18,087 nt of DNA, from the NCBI GenBank assembly GCA_963709585.1, contig CAVPXI010000012.1:1-18087 (forward strand), in the 5' to 3' direction. Made by a program: the position numbers and the translations under genes. This DNA comes from Candidatus Dormiibacterota bacterium (GTDB lineage: Bacteria; Chloroflexota; Dormibacteria; Aeolococcales; Aeolococcaceae). The first letter of the stretch is position 1, and each line of letters opens with the position of its first letter. The notes under the pieces were generated by a model that saw nothing but the letters and a program-made list of their open reading frames with translations, was not told the DNA's origin and ran no database searches. Positions 6,085-13,447 of the stretch are shown one piece after another.

Positions 6085-8577
6085 TCAAGCGACCGCTGGC
6101 TCGATGACTCCCATGCGTGGCCCTCCTGCCTCAAGGAGCGCTTCAAAGCGAGCCACCCCGACCGGCCGGCTGAAGAGGTACCCCTGCGCAAAGTCGCAGC
6201 CGTGGCTGCGTAGAAAATCTGCCTGCCTCGAGGTCTCGACGCCCTCAGCCACCACCTCGAGCCCCAGGACGCGGGCCATGTCGAGGATGCTCTCGGCCAG
6301 CGTGGACCCGGGATGCACAGCGTCGAGCTCGTCGACGAAGATCTTGTCGACCTTCAGGGTGTCGAAGGGCAGCGTGCGCAGGCGCGACAACGCCGAATAC
6401 CCGGTGCCGAAGTCATCGATGGCGAGGCGCAGGCCCAGCGCCTTGAGTCCGTCCAACGTCGCGAGCGCACCGCCGGACTCCGCAATCACGACGCCCTCGG
6501 TCAGTTCCAGCTCCAGGTTCGCCGCAGGGAAGCCGCTGTCCGCAAGGGTCGCAGCCACATTCGCGACGAGGTCCGGATTGGTGAGGTTGCTTCCGGAGAG
6601 GTTGACCGCTATGCGGAGCCTCGGCAGCCCCGCATCCACCCAGGCACGGCCCTGCGTGCATGCCTGGCGGAGCACGAAGGCGTCGATGCGGTCCACAAGG
6701 TTGAGCTCTTCGGCGAGGGCGATGAACACTGCCGGGCCGATCCACCCTCTGGTCGGATGATGCCAGCGCGCCAGGGTCTCCGCACCGGCAATCGTCCCGC
6801 TCTGCATGTCGATGATTGGCTGGTAGTTGACCTCGATGCTGCCGGACTCTATCGCCGCTCGGAGATCCTCTCCCAGCTGCAACCGATCGATGAGGTCACT
6901 GCGCATCTCCGGCGAGAACAGCCGATACTGAGCCTTCCCGTTTCGCTTGGCAAAATACATCGCCAGGTCCGCGTCGCCAAGCAGACTGTCGCCAGTACCA
7001 CCTGGCTCAGTGGATGCAATGCCGATGCTCGCGCGCGGGAGAACGTCTCTGCCTCCAAGAGTCAGCGGTCGCTGCAGAGCACCGAGGATCCGCCTGGCGG
7101 CCGCCACGGCCATGCGCTCGTCGGCGCTGTCGAGGAGGATCGCAAACTCGTCACTGCCGAGGCGGGCAACCAGGTCCTCCGGCCGTACCGAAGTGACCAA
7201 TCGCTCGCCGATGGCCAGCAGGAGATCATCGCCCGCCTGATGACCGAGCGTGTCATTGATCCTCTTGAAGTCGTCGAGGTCGATGTAGAGGACGCTGGTG
7301 GCGCTCGCACTCCCAATGGTCGCGGCGAGACGTTCGAGCCGCTCGCGGAAGAGTCCGCGATTCGCGAGCCCGGTCAGCGGGTCGTGCCGCGCCTGGAATG
7401 CCAGCTGCTCCTCGTACTCGTGACGCTCGCTGACATCTGTGATGTTGATCACCATTCCAGACACGCCGGCGTCGATGAGACGATTGGTCATCTTTGCCCA
7501 GACGTGGTGCCAGCTCCCATCACGATGCTTCAACCGGGTCTTGACCTCGAGGGTGGACCCGTCGCTCAGCGACAGTCCCTCGAGCCATGCGGCGGTGACG
7601 CGTGCGATATCGTCAGGATGCACGATATCGGCGAAGCGAGCCGCTCGACCCTCGCTGTTGACGTACTCGCGAAACGATGGCGTCGCGAATTCGATCGCGC
7701 CTGCGGCGCTGATGACGACGATGCCGTCATTGGCGTTTTCGACGAGCGCAACAAGCCGGCGCTCCCGCGCCCGTACCGCGTCATGCTCCTGCTCCAGCTG
7801 ACCGGCCATTCTATCGAACGCATTGCCCAGCTCGGCGATCTCATCGCCGTTGCCGCTGCCGATCCGGAAGCTCCGATCCCCTGCGGCCAGCCGGCTGGTG
7901 GCCGTGCGGAGGATGCCGAGCGGCCGCAGCACCGACTGCGCGAGCCGCCTCGACGACCAGATCGCAATCGCGATGCCGATAAGCAGCGCGAGACCGACCG
8001 CGAGTGCGGACGCAAGCACTGCGCCATCACGCTCCTGGCGCAAGCCGGCGACGTGGGCCGTACCGAGGCCCTCGACAGCCACGACGCTGCTGGACAACGA
8101 GCGCTCGTCGACGTCAAGGGCGTCTTCGAGAAGGTTGGCTGCCGCCGCGTTCACCTGAATCGAGTTCCCCAGACGGCGGATCGCATCGCGATTTGAGATC
8201 GTCGCGCTCCACGCGCCGGCGACCAACGGGAGCGCCTTCTCCTGCGCGGGCGTGAAACCGGTCGCCCTTGCCAACACCGCAAAGTCGGCGTCGACCTGCT
8301 TCTGCGTTGCGGCCATCGCCCCAAGGTCGTCGGCTCCATGGCCGATCAGCACGTCGAGCGCGGTCAGCCCGAAGTGCTGCACATCCTCGTCGAGACTCCC
8401 CAATTCACCATTGAGCTGCTGAGCATGATCAAGTGCCGCTGAGGCATTCGCACTCACCACCAGGCCGGTTGCGGACACCGCGGCGAGCCCGAGGAGCGGC
8501 AGCAAAAGCAACGCGGCAGCCCAGCGAAAGCGCGCAGTGAGCCGGAATCCATGCCCACGGCGACGCGATGCCTTCAC
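6085..8577 (-). CDS. Membrane c-di-GMP signalling protein: TM-sensor-TM-HAMP-PAS-GGDEF-EAL
   Basis: Two TM helices, HAMP (RPL...GD...DEIAELGNAFDRM), PAS (IVHPDD...RLKHRDGSW), HDPLTGLANR, DLDDFKRIND, RPED I-site, GSDEF, YQPI, ETLARW, ELTE, DDFGTGYS, EGVE, AQGY. Start uncertain: GTG 8577 (after GAGGAG), ATG 8691, or the longest ORF to 8787. Confidence 0.93.
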   Translation of the reverse strand: MKASRRRGHGFRLTARFRWAAALLLLPLLGLAAVSATGLVVSANASAALDHAQQLNGELGSLDEDVQHFGLTALDVLIGHGADDLGAMAATQKQVDADFAVLARATGFTPAQEKALPLVAGAWSATISNRDAIRRLGNSIQVNAAAANLLEDALDVDERSLSSSVVAVEGLGTAHVAGLRQERDGAVLASALAVGLALLIGIAIAIWSSRRLAQSVLRPLGILRTATSRLAAGDRSFRIGSGNGDEIAELGNAFDRMAGQLEQEHDAVRARERRLVALVENANDGIVVISAAGAIEFATPSFREYVNSEGRAARFADIVHPDDIARVTAAWLEGLSLSDGSTLEVKTRLKHRDGSWHHVWAKMTNRLIDAGVSGMVINITDVSERHEYEEQLAFQARHDPLTGLANRGLFRERLERLAATIGSASATSVLYIDLDDFKRINDTLGHQAGDDLLLAIGERLVTSVRPEDLVARLGSDEFAILLDSADERMAVAAARRILGALQRPLTLGGRDVLPRASIGIASTEPGGTGDSLLGDADLAMYFAKRNGKAQYRLFSPEMRSDLIDRLQLGEDLRAAIESGSIEVNYQPIIDMQSGTIAGAETLARWHHPTRGWIGPAVFIALAEELNLVDRIDAFVLRQACTQGRAWVDAGLPRLRIAVNLSGSNLTNPDLVANVAATLADSGFPAANLELELTEGVVIAESGGALATLDGLKALGLRLAIDDFGTGYSALSRLRTLPFDTLKVDKIFVDELDAVHPGSTLAESILDMARVLGLEVVAEGVETSRQADFLRSHGCDFAQGYLFSRPVGVARFEALLEAGGPRMGVIEPAVA

Positions 8578-8878
8578 CGGCTGGTTGATCTCCTCGTAGC
8601 TGTAGGGCAGCCGGGAGACGACCTGATCCGGTGCATCGCGACGCAATGGTCGCTGTGAGGGGATCGTCGGCCACGGCGACCGTCCAACCATCGAGGGCAA
8701 CCGTTCTGTCGAATCCTGATGCACGGCGCGTATGCGGATGGACTTCAGGATGGTCTCGCCGGCATCGGAGGTGTCCAAACACGGCAACTCGGAATCGGCA
8801 GGCGCCGCACGCAGCTAAAATCACGCCAACGAGGATGAAGGCCGTCCTCGAACGACATCACCGATTGGGAGGACACAA

Positions 8879-9130
8879 ATGCCGCTGTACATGGACCACC
8901 ATCACAAGGTCGACGGCCTGACCGCAGATGCCGTCGCCGGTGCCCACCAACGAGACCTGGAAGTCCAAGAGAAGCACGGGGTCGAGTACATCAAGTACTG
9001 GTTCGACGAAGGCTCCGGCGCGGTGTTCTGCCTGGTGAACGCACCCAGCAAGGAGGCTGCGGCAGCCGTGCACCGAGAGGCACACGGCCTCGAGGCCGAT
9101 GACATCACCGAGGTGCAGGAGGGCGCCTGA
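8879..9130 (+). CDS. DUF4242 / SCO4226-like small putative nickel-binding protein, 83 aa
   Basis: MPLYMD.H...AH..DL..Q..HGV.Y..YW.DE..G.VFCL..AP.......VHREAHGL pattern; GGGAGG RBS upstream. Confidence 0.88.
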   Translation: MPLYMDHHHKVDGLTADAVAGAHQRDLEVQEKHGVEYIKYWFDEGSGAVFCLVNAPSKEAAAAVHREAHGLEADDITEVQEGA

Positions 9131-9200
9131 CCGATCCCAGGCTGAAACCCTGCACGCTCGGGGTGGTCGGATCAGGTCGGAGAGGAGGTCACCCCTCCTC
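9126..9200. terminator. Hairpins between convergent genes (possible bidirectional terminator region)
   Basis: Imperfect long stem CCTGA-CCGATC...GGTCGG-A-TCAGG (9126-9176) and GAGGAGG-TCACC-CCTCCTC (9182-9200). No U-tract. Confidence 0.3.
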
Positions 9201-9674
9201 AGGGAACAGGGCTGCGAAACGGCGTAGATAGAGCGGCCAGCCCTGGTCGCCGTCAACACCGTCTCGCATCCCTTCCCAGCCGTCGCGATGGCGGTCGAGG
9301 TTTCGGTGCTCAAGCTCGACCCTGGTCCGCCCGGGGGCCTCGGCGGTGAAGCGCACCTCAACCTCGCTTGTCCTGTCGAGGTCGGACTCGATCTGCCAGT
9401 GCGGGCTGATGTCCCAGCTGATGACTAACCGGGTGGGCGGCTCGTAGGCCAGGATTCGGGCCCAACGGCACTCAGTGCCATCCACGCCGCGGTCATACAG
9501 GTAGCCGCCGACACGCGCCTCGAAGACCGTCTCGGCGATCTCCACGCCGAGCATGTTGTGCTCGGGCGGCTTGAATCGGCCGAAGTCTTGGGTGAAGACC
9601 TTGAACGCCCTTTCGAGAGGAGCGTCGACCACGATCGAATGTCGGACTGCCGTCGCTCCCAGCTGTCGATTCAT
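9189..9674 (-). CDS. SRPBCC/AHSA1 (START-like) family protein, 161 aa
   Basis: IVVDAPLERAFKVFT...YEPPTRLVISW...SEVEVRF...TRVELEH...GWPLYL; ATGA overlap with the arsR-family gene. Confidence 0.92.
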   Translation of the reverse strand: MNRQLGATAVRHSIVVDAPLERAFKVFTQDFGRFKPPEHNMLGVEIAETVFEARVGGYLYDRGVDGTECRWARILAYEPPTRLVISWDISPHWQIESDLDRTSEVEVRFTAEAPGRTRVELEHRNLDRHRDGWEGMRDGVDGDQGWPLYLRRFAALFPEEG

Positions 9675-9988
9675 CGGTCCTCCTCATTTGATTGCTCGAC
9701 GGTCGCCTTGTATGCGACCAGGGTCTTTTCCCAGAACCGGTCAATGTGGGCACGCAACGCGGCGAGCCCCTCGGGGTCGACGCGATATATGCGACGGTTG
9801 CCGACGGGTTCATCGATCACGAGGCCTGCGTTTTTCAGCACTCTCAGGTGCTGCGACACCGCAGGGCGACTGACCGGCAACTCCTTCGCGAGTTCGACCA
9901 CCGCTCGAGGCCGATCCGCCAGCTGCTCCATGATCGCCAGCCGGGTCGGATCCCCCAGCGCCGCCCACACCTCGACTCCGTAAGCCAT
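9671..9988 (-). CDS. ArsR/SmtB family transcriptional regulator, 105 aa
   Basis: ALGDPTRLAIMEQL...VSRPAVSQHLRVLKNAGLV...GNRRIY wHTH; canonical pairing with an SRPBCC gene. Confidence 0.94.
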   Translation of the reverse strand: MAYGVEVWAALGDPTRLAIMEQLADRPRAVVELAKELPVSRPAVSQHLRVLKNAGLVIDEPVGNRRIYRVDPEGLAALRAHIDRFWEKTLVAYKATVEQSNEEDR

Positions 9989-10012
9989 AACTGACCGTCA
10001 GTATACGCTTAC
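9980..10012. promoter_or_regulatory. 33-bp dyad operator over the -10 element and start codon of the ArsR-family gene
   Basis: GTAAGC-CATA-ACTGAC-C-GTCAGT-ATAC-GCTTAC. It contains TATACT on the minus strand and the ATG (9986-9988). Confidence 0.75.
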
Positions 10013-10140
10013 CAACCTGGAGCGCAACGTCTGCTTGTCTCGCCCGGACATGAGCTTAGGCCGAGGAAGGCGATAGCGCCAACGCCAAACTCATCGGCCG
10101 TAGCGCGGCGAGGTTGTCTATCCGCACTCGATAACTAGGC

Positions 10141-11040
10141 TCAAGGACTCCGCTCCGGCACGACGAGCACCGGACCGGATGCCCCGTGCAGGAGTGCGGA
10201 GACGACCTTACCCAGACCGTGGTGCTGCAACCGCCGGCCCGCGACGACCAGCACTCGCGGGTCCGAGGCAAGGCCCAGCAGGACCTCGATGGCCTCACCG
10301 GTGGTCACCCAGGAGGAAACCTCGGCTCCGCACTCGGCCTCGAGACGCGCGGCGCGCCTCCGAGCCTCATTGCGAAACGACTCAAGAGACGGGACGCTCC
10401 TCGCCTCGACACGGGCGTGCTTCACGCTGGGAGTCACGCCGACCAGGACGGCGGGCACCGCAAGGATCCGGGCGAGGGTCGCGCCCTCGGCAGCCACGAC
10501 CCGGTCGAGCGAGGAATCCCCGTCCAAGATAATGATCGAAGTCGGAGGCCAGTCTGCGGTCTGGCCGCGGACCACGAGCACTGGGCGACGCACCGCGCGG
10601 ACGAGGGCCTCGGGAAGCAATCCCATCAGGCGGCCGCCCAGCCCGCGTCCGGCTCGGCTGCCCATGACGACCATGGACGCGCCGATCATGTTCGCGGTCT
10701 CCGCCACGATCGCCGCGGCATTCCCTTCGGCGACATAACCTGCGCCCACGACTGACCCCGGCGCAAGGTGCGCCCGTGTCTCTTGCTGGGCTGCGCGGGC
10801 CAAGTCCTCGTACACCCCCGGGACGTTGAGGTTGCTGCTGGTCGGCGTTACCCTCGCCACCGCGGGAACCGCCCAGGCAGTCACGATGCGCAAGGGGATG
10901 CCGGTCCTGGCCGCGATGTCAGCGGCGGCGCGCCGCGCGACTGCCGCGTCTTCCGACCCACGGTCGGCCAGGAGCACAGGACCGGTGAGACGCTGCCGCC
11001 ACCTCGAAGCCTGCTCACCAACGGCGGCCTGAACGATCAT
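10141..11040 (-). CDS. Universal stress protein with tandem Usp domains, 299 aa
   Basis: PVLLA..GSEDA, VVMGSR...EALVRAVRRPVLVV, second domain ending ALLHGASGPVLVVP; AAGGAGG RBS. Confidence 0.9.
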   Translation of the reverse strand: MIVQAAVGEQASRWRQRLTGPVLLADRGSEDAAVARRAAADIAARTGIPLRIVTAWAVPAVARVTPTSSNLNVPGVYEDLARAAQQETRAHLAPGSVVGAGYVAEGNAAAIVAETANMIGASMVVMGSRAGRGLGGRLMGLLPEALVRAVRRPVLVVRGQTADWPPTSIIILDGDSSLDRVVAAEGATLARILAVPAVLVGVTPSVKHARVEARSVPSLESFRNEARRRAARLEAECGAEVSSWVTTGEAIEVLLGLASDPRVLVVAGRRLQHHGLGKVVSALLHGASGPVLVVPERSP

Positions 11041-11096
11041 CTGCCACCTCCTTGCGTGCTGGTCTCGGACGACACGATCGCTGGCACCGCTCGTTC

Positions 11097-11117
11097 TATA
11101 GACCGTCTATATAGACG
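11097..11117. promoter_or_regulatory. Overlapping palindromes, putative MarR operator in the divergent usp/marR spacer
   Basis: TATAGAC-C-GTCTATA (11097-11111) overlaps the perfect 14-bp palindrome CGTCTATATAGACG (11104-11117). Confidence 0.62.
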
Positions 11118-11185
11118 ATCGATGTAACGCAAGCCGGGGCCTACTCCCGCGCTCGCTCGTCGCGCTGCCCGGTGCTACATGGATT

Positions 11186-11206
11186 CTCTATATATACTGG
11201 GGCCAG
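11186..11206 (+). promoter_or_regulatory. Putative -10 element of a leaderless marR transcript, within a second AT-rich TATATA box
   Basis: CTCTATATATACT; TATACT at 11193-11198 lies 8 nt before ATG 11207 and there is no Shine-Dalgarno. Confidence 0.45.
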
Positions 11207-11656
11207 ATGGCCAGCACTCGGCTCGCCGACCAGTTGGGCGTCGTGCTCACGCGCCTCACCAACCTGCTCCGCGAGGCCGTCCTGCCGGCGGGCATGAATT
11301 CAGCCCAGGGCCGCACGCTTCTTGCCCTGCATGACGCCGGGCCGCAGCGGGTGACCGACCTGGCGCGCTTGGATCACCTCAAGCAACCGACCATGTCGGC
11401 GGTCCTCCTTCGGATGGGACGCCTGGGCTGGGTGCGGCGGCTTGACGACAGCGACGACCTCCGCGCGGTCATCGTCCGCCTCACGCCGGCCGGTGAGCGC
11501 ATCGCGAACCAATTGATCGAAGCACGGACGCAGGTGCTCGAGGCGTACCTGGACGGGCTGTCGGCGAGCGACCGAAGCGCTGTCGCAGCAGCGCTCCCCG
11601 CGCTGCGCAAGCTGACACGTCAGCGGGAGCGTTCGGCAGGGGTCGTCTCGCCTTAA
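11207..11656 (+). CDS. MarR family transcriptional regulator, 149 aa
   Basis: AQGRTLLALHDAGPQRVTDLA...QPTMSAVLLRM...GWVRR...DDLRAVIVRLTPAG wHTH pattern. Confidence 0.92.
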   Translation: MASTRLADQLGVVLTRLTNLLREAVLPAGMNSAQGRTLLALHDAGPQRVTDLARLDHLKQPTMSAVLLRMGRLGWVRRLDDSDDLRAVIVRLTPAGERIANQLIEARTQVLEAYLDGLSASDRSAVAAALPALRKLTRQRERSAGVVSP

Positions 11657-11670
11657 GGGGACCTTAAGGC
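11650..11670. promoter_or_regulatory. Tandem palindromic CCTTAAGG boxes (11-bp period), putative activator site or hairpin
   Basis: GCCTTAAGG-GGA-CCTTAAGGC is both a direct and an inverted repeat. It lies about 19 nt upstream of TAGGCT (11689-11694), which is 7 nt before ATG 11702. Confidence 0.5.
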
Positions 11671-11701
11671 AACGCGAATCGCGGTGCGTAGGCTTCCGCC
11701 C

Positions 11702-11912
11702 ATGGACACCTTCCTGGTGCGGGTCTGGCGGCCCGACGGCGAGGAGCGCTCCGAGGGGCTGCGGGGGACGGCGGTGCACGTGAGCTCGGGACGGGAGGTC
11801 ACCTTCACCGAGCCGGAGGCGCTCGTCGAGCTTCCTCGTCGACGCCGGAGGCTCAGCGGGCGAGGTAGCGGCGGCGCAGCGAATCGATCGTCGTGACCTC
11901 GAGGAGTATTAG
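11702..11912 (+). CDS. Small hypothetical protein (about 69 aa), probably with a 1-nt frameshift near 11830
   Basis: MDTFLVRVWRP...LRGTAVHVSSGREVTF..PEALV. As sequenced it ends at 11896 in an Arg-rich tail. Removing one base gives ...FLVDAGGSAGEVAAAQRIDRRDLEEY* (TAG 11910-11912). Confidence 0.62.
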
Positions 11913-11964
11913 CCATGTGTAGCAGTAACTTGCATAGAACTGAAGGTACGGGAGGAGCTCGGAG

Positions 11965-12429
11965 ATGAAGCGAACCATCGTGATGTTCACCGCGATTGGC
12001 CTGGGGTCGCTGCTGGCCGCCTGCAGCGCATCGTCGACCACCGGCACGCCGACGCCGGCGCCGACGAGCGCCCGGGCGACGAGCACGCCGGTGCCGACGA
12101 GCGCACCAACCGCAGCCGCAACCCCGACCGCACCGCCCGCCGCGGTCAACCTCACGGGAGTGTGGTCCGGGCAGTACAGCGGCGTGTACAGCGGAACCTT
12201 CAAGCTCACGTGGAATCAGGCGACGTCGACGTTGACCGGCAACATCGTGCTCTCGTCGCCGGCAAGGAGCCTCGCCATCACCGGTACCGTGACAGGCAGC
12301 GCCATCAGTTTCGGCGCGGTAGGCACGGTCACGTATACCGGGACGGTTTCCGGCAAGAGCATGTCCGGCACCTACACGGTCCGGGGCAGCAGCAGCGGCG
12401 GTTCCTGGAGCGCCACCCAGACGTCCTGA
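11965..12429 (+). CDS. Lipoprotein with Pro/Thr/Ala linker and small beta-rich domain, 154 aa
   Basis: MKR + hydrophobic core + lipobox LAA|C; TPTPAPTS linker; VNLTGVWSG...GGSWSA alternating beta pattern; GGAGGAG RBS. Confidence 0.85.
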   Translation: MKRTIVMFTAIGLGSLLAACSASSTTGTPTPAPTSARATSTPVPTSAPTAAATPTAPPAAVNLTGVWSGQYSGVYSGTFKLTWNQATSTLTGNIVLSSPARSLAITGTVTGSAISFGAVGTVTYTGTVSGKSMSGTYTVRGSSSGGSWSATQTS

Positions 12430-12634
12430 CAGGATCGTCCGCATCTCGGCGCTTTACCGCGCGCCGCTGCGGCAGGAGGGGTTGCGATGGAACGCCGAGC
12501 CAGGAGGCTCGGCGTTCCTCTCGTTAGGATTTCCTCGGCTCAGATTTCCTCAACTCTGTGGACGCAGGCGGGAACTTTTGCACCAAGCGGTGCGTTATGG
12601 TGACGTCCTGACGGGAGGAGACGGAGGTTTACTC

Positions 12635-13447
12635 GTGTCCAACGGTCCGGAAGGCGGCCGGAGACGCTCGCGTGCGCGCCTCGTGGTTGCGCTCGCCATC
12701 GCGGCCGTTGCCGGACTTGCGGCGCCGCTGAGCGCTCGGGCGGGCTCGTCCTCCGTGACTTTGAAGGTCGCGCTCGAATATGCGGACTCGGATTCGGTCT
12801 CCAGCTCCACGTGGACCCCATTGCTGGTCACCCTGACAAACAGCGGGCCTGATTTCAGCGGCACGGTTGAGATCAACGTCACGGGCTCTGGCAACGTGCA
12901 GCGCTGCGTCAGCCTTGGAAAGGGCACGTTCTGTGGCAGCGGCGGGTCGACAGCCTCATACCTCGACCGGATCCCCGTCCAGCTCGCGGCGGGTACGACC
13001 AAGCGCTACGTCATCGATATCGCGGCGTCGACGACCCCACCGCACGCGCGACTGCTCGACGCTCATGGCAATGTCGTCGACCAGACCGTGGTGTCGTCGA
13101 CCGCGTCTTTCAGCGGGACCGTCCAGGACGCCGTGGCGGTGGTCTCCGACGACCCGTCCGCTCTCGACTCGGTCGGGGGAATCCGGCTCCCTGACGGGCA
13201 GCAGCCGGTGGTTGTCCACATCGCACCCGCCACCCTCCCCGAGACGGTCGCGCCGCTCGAGGGATTCCTCGCGGTGATCATCGACGACGCGACGACAGGA
13301 TCGCTGGACACGGCGCAGCGCAATGCGCTGGCCGCGTATGTCAGCACCGGCGGCACCATCGTCATCGCCGCGACCGACCGCTTTCAGGACACCACCAGCG
13401 GACTCCCCGCAGCCCTCGTCCCCGCCACCATGTCGGGGCTGAGTTAG
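12635..13447 (+). CDS. N-terminal part of a large exported/membrane protein (signal peptide, Ig-like domain, class I GATase-like fold), ended by an in-frame TAG
   Basis: GGAGG 7 nt before GTG 12635; signal peptide ending ARA|G; WTPLLVTLTNSGPDFSGTV; AVIIDD...LDTAQRNALAAYVSTGGTIVI. Confidence 0.72.
   Translation: MSNGPEGGRRRSRARLVVALAIAAVAGLAAPLSARAGSSSVTLKVALEYADSDSVSSSTWTPLLVTLTNSGPDFSGTVEINVTGSGNVQRCVSLGKGTFCGSGGSTASYLDRIPVQLAAGTTKRYVIDIAASTTPPHARLLDAHGNVVDQTVVSSTASFSGTVQDAVAVVSDDPSALDSVGGIRLPDGQQPVVVHIAPATLPETVAPLEGFLAVIIDDATTGSLDTAQRNALAAYVSTGGTIVIAATDRFQDTTSGLPAALVPATMSGLS

Noticed and set aside
6313-8196. 627-aa plus-strand ORF antisense to the GGDEF-EAL gene
   Set aside because: No recognisable motifs; a typical stop-poor antisense shadow of a GC-rich gene.
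8580-8870. Possible riboswitch or ncRNA between the GGDEF-EAL and DUF4242 genes
   Set aside because: No recognisable consensus; part of it may simply be coding if an upstream start is used.
12030-12145. Repeated GCCGACGAGCGC-like units
   Set aside because: They encode the Pro/Thr/Ser/Ala linker of the lipoprotein and are not a CRISPR or mobile repeat.
13445-13447. Pyrrolysine or alternative genetic code
   Set aside because: No pyl genes in the window, TAG ends other genes normally, and the protein is not a methylamine methyltransferase.
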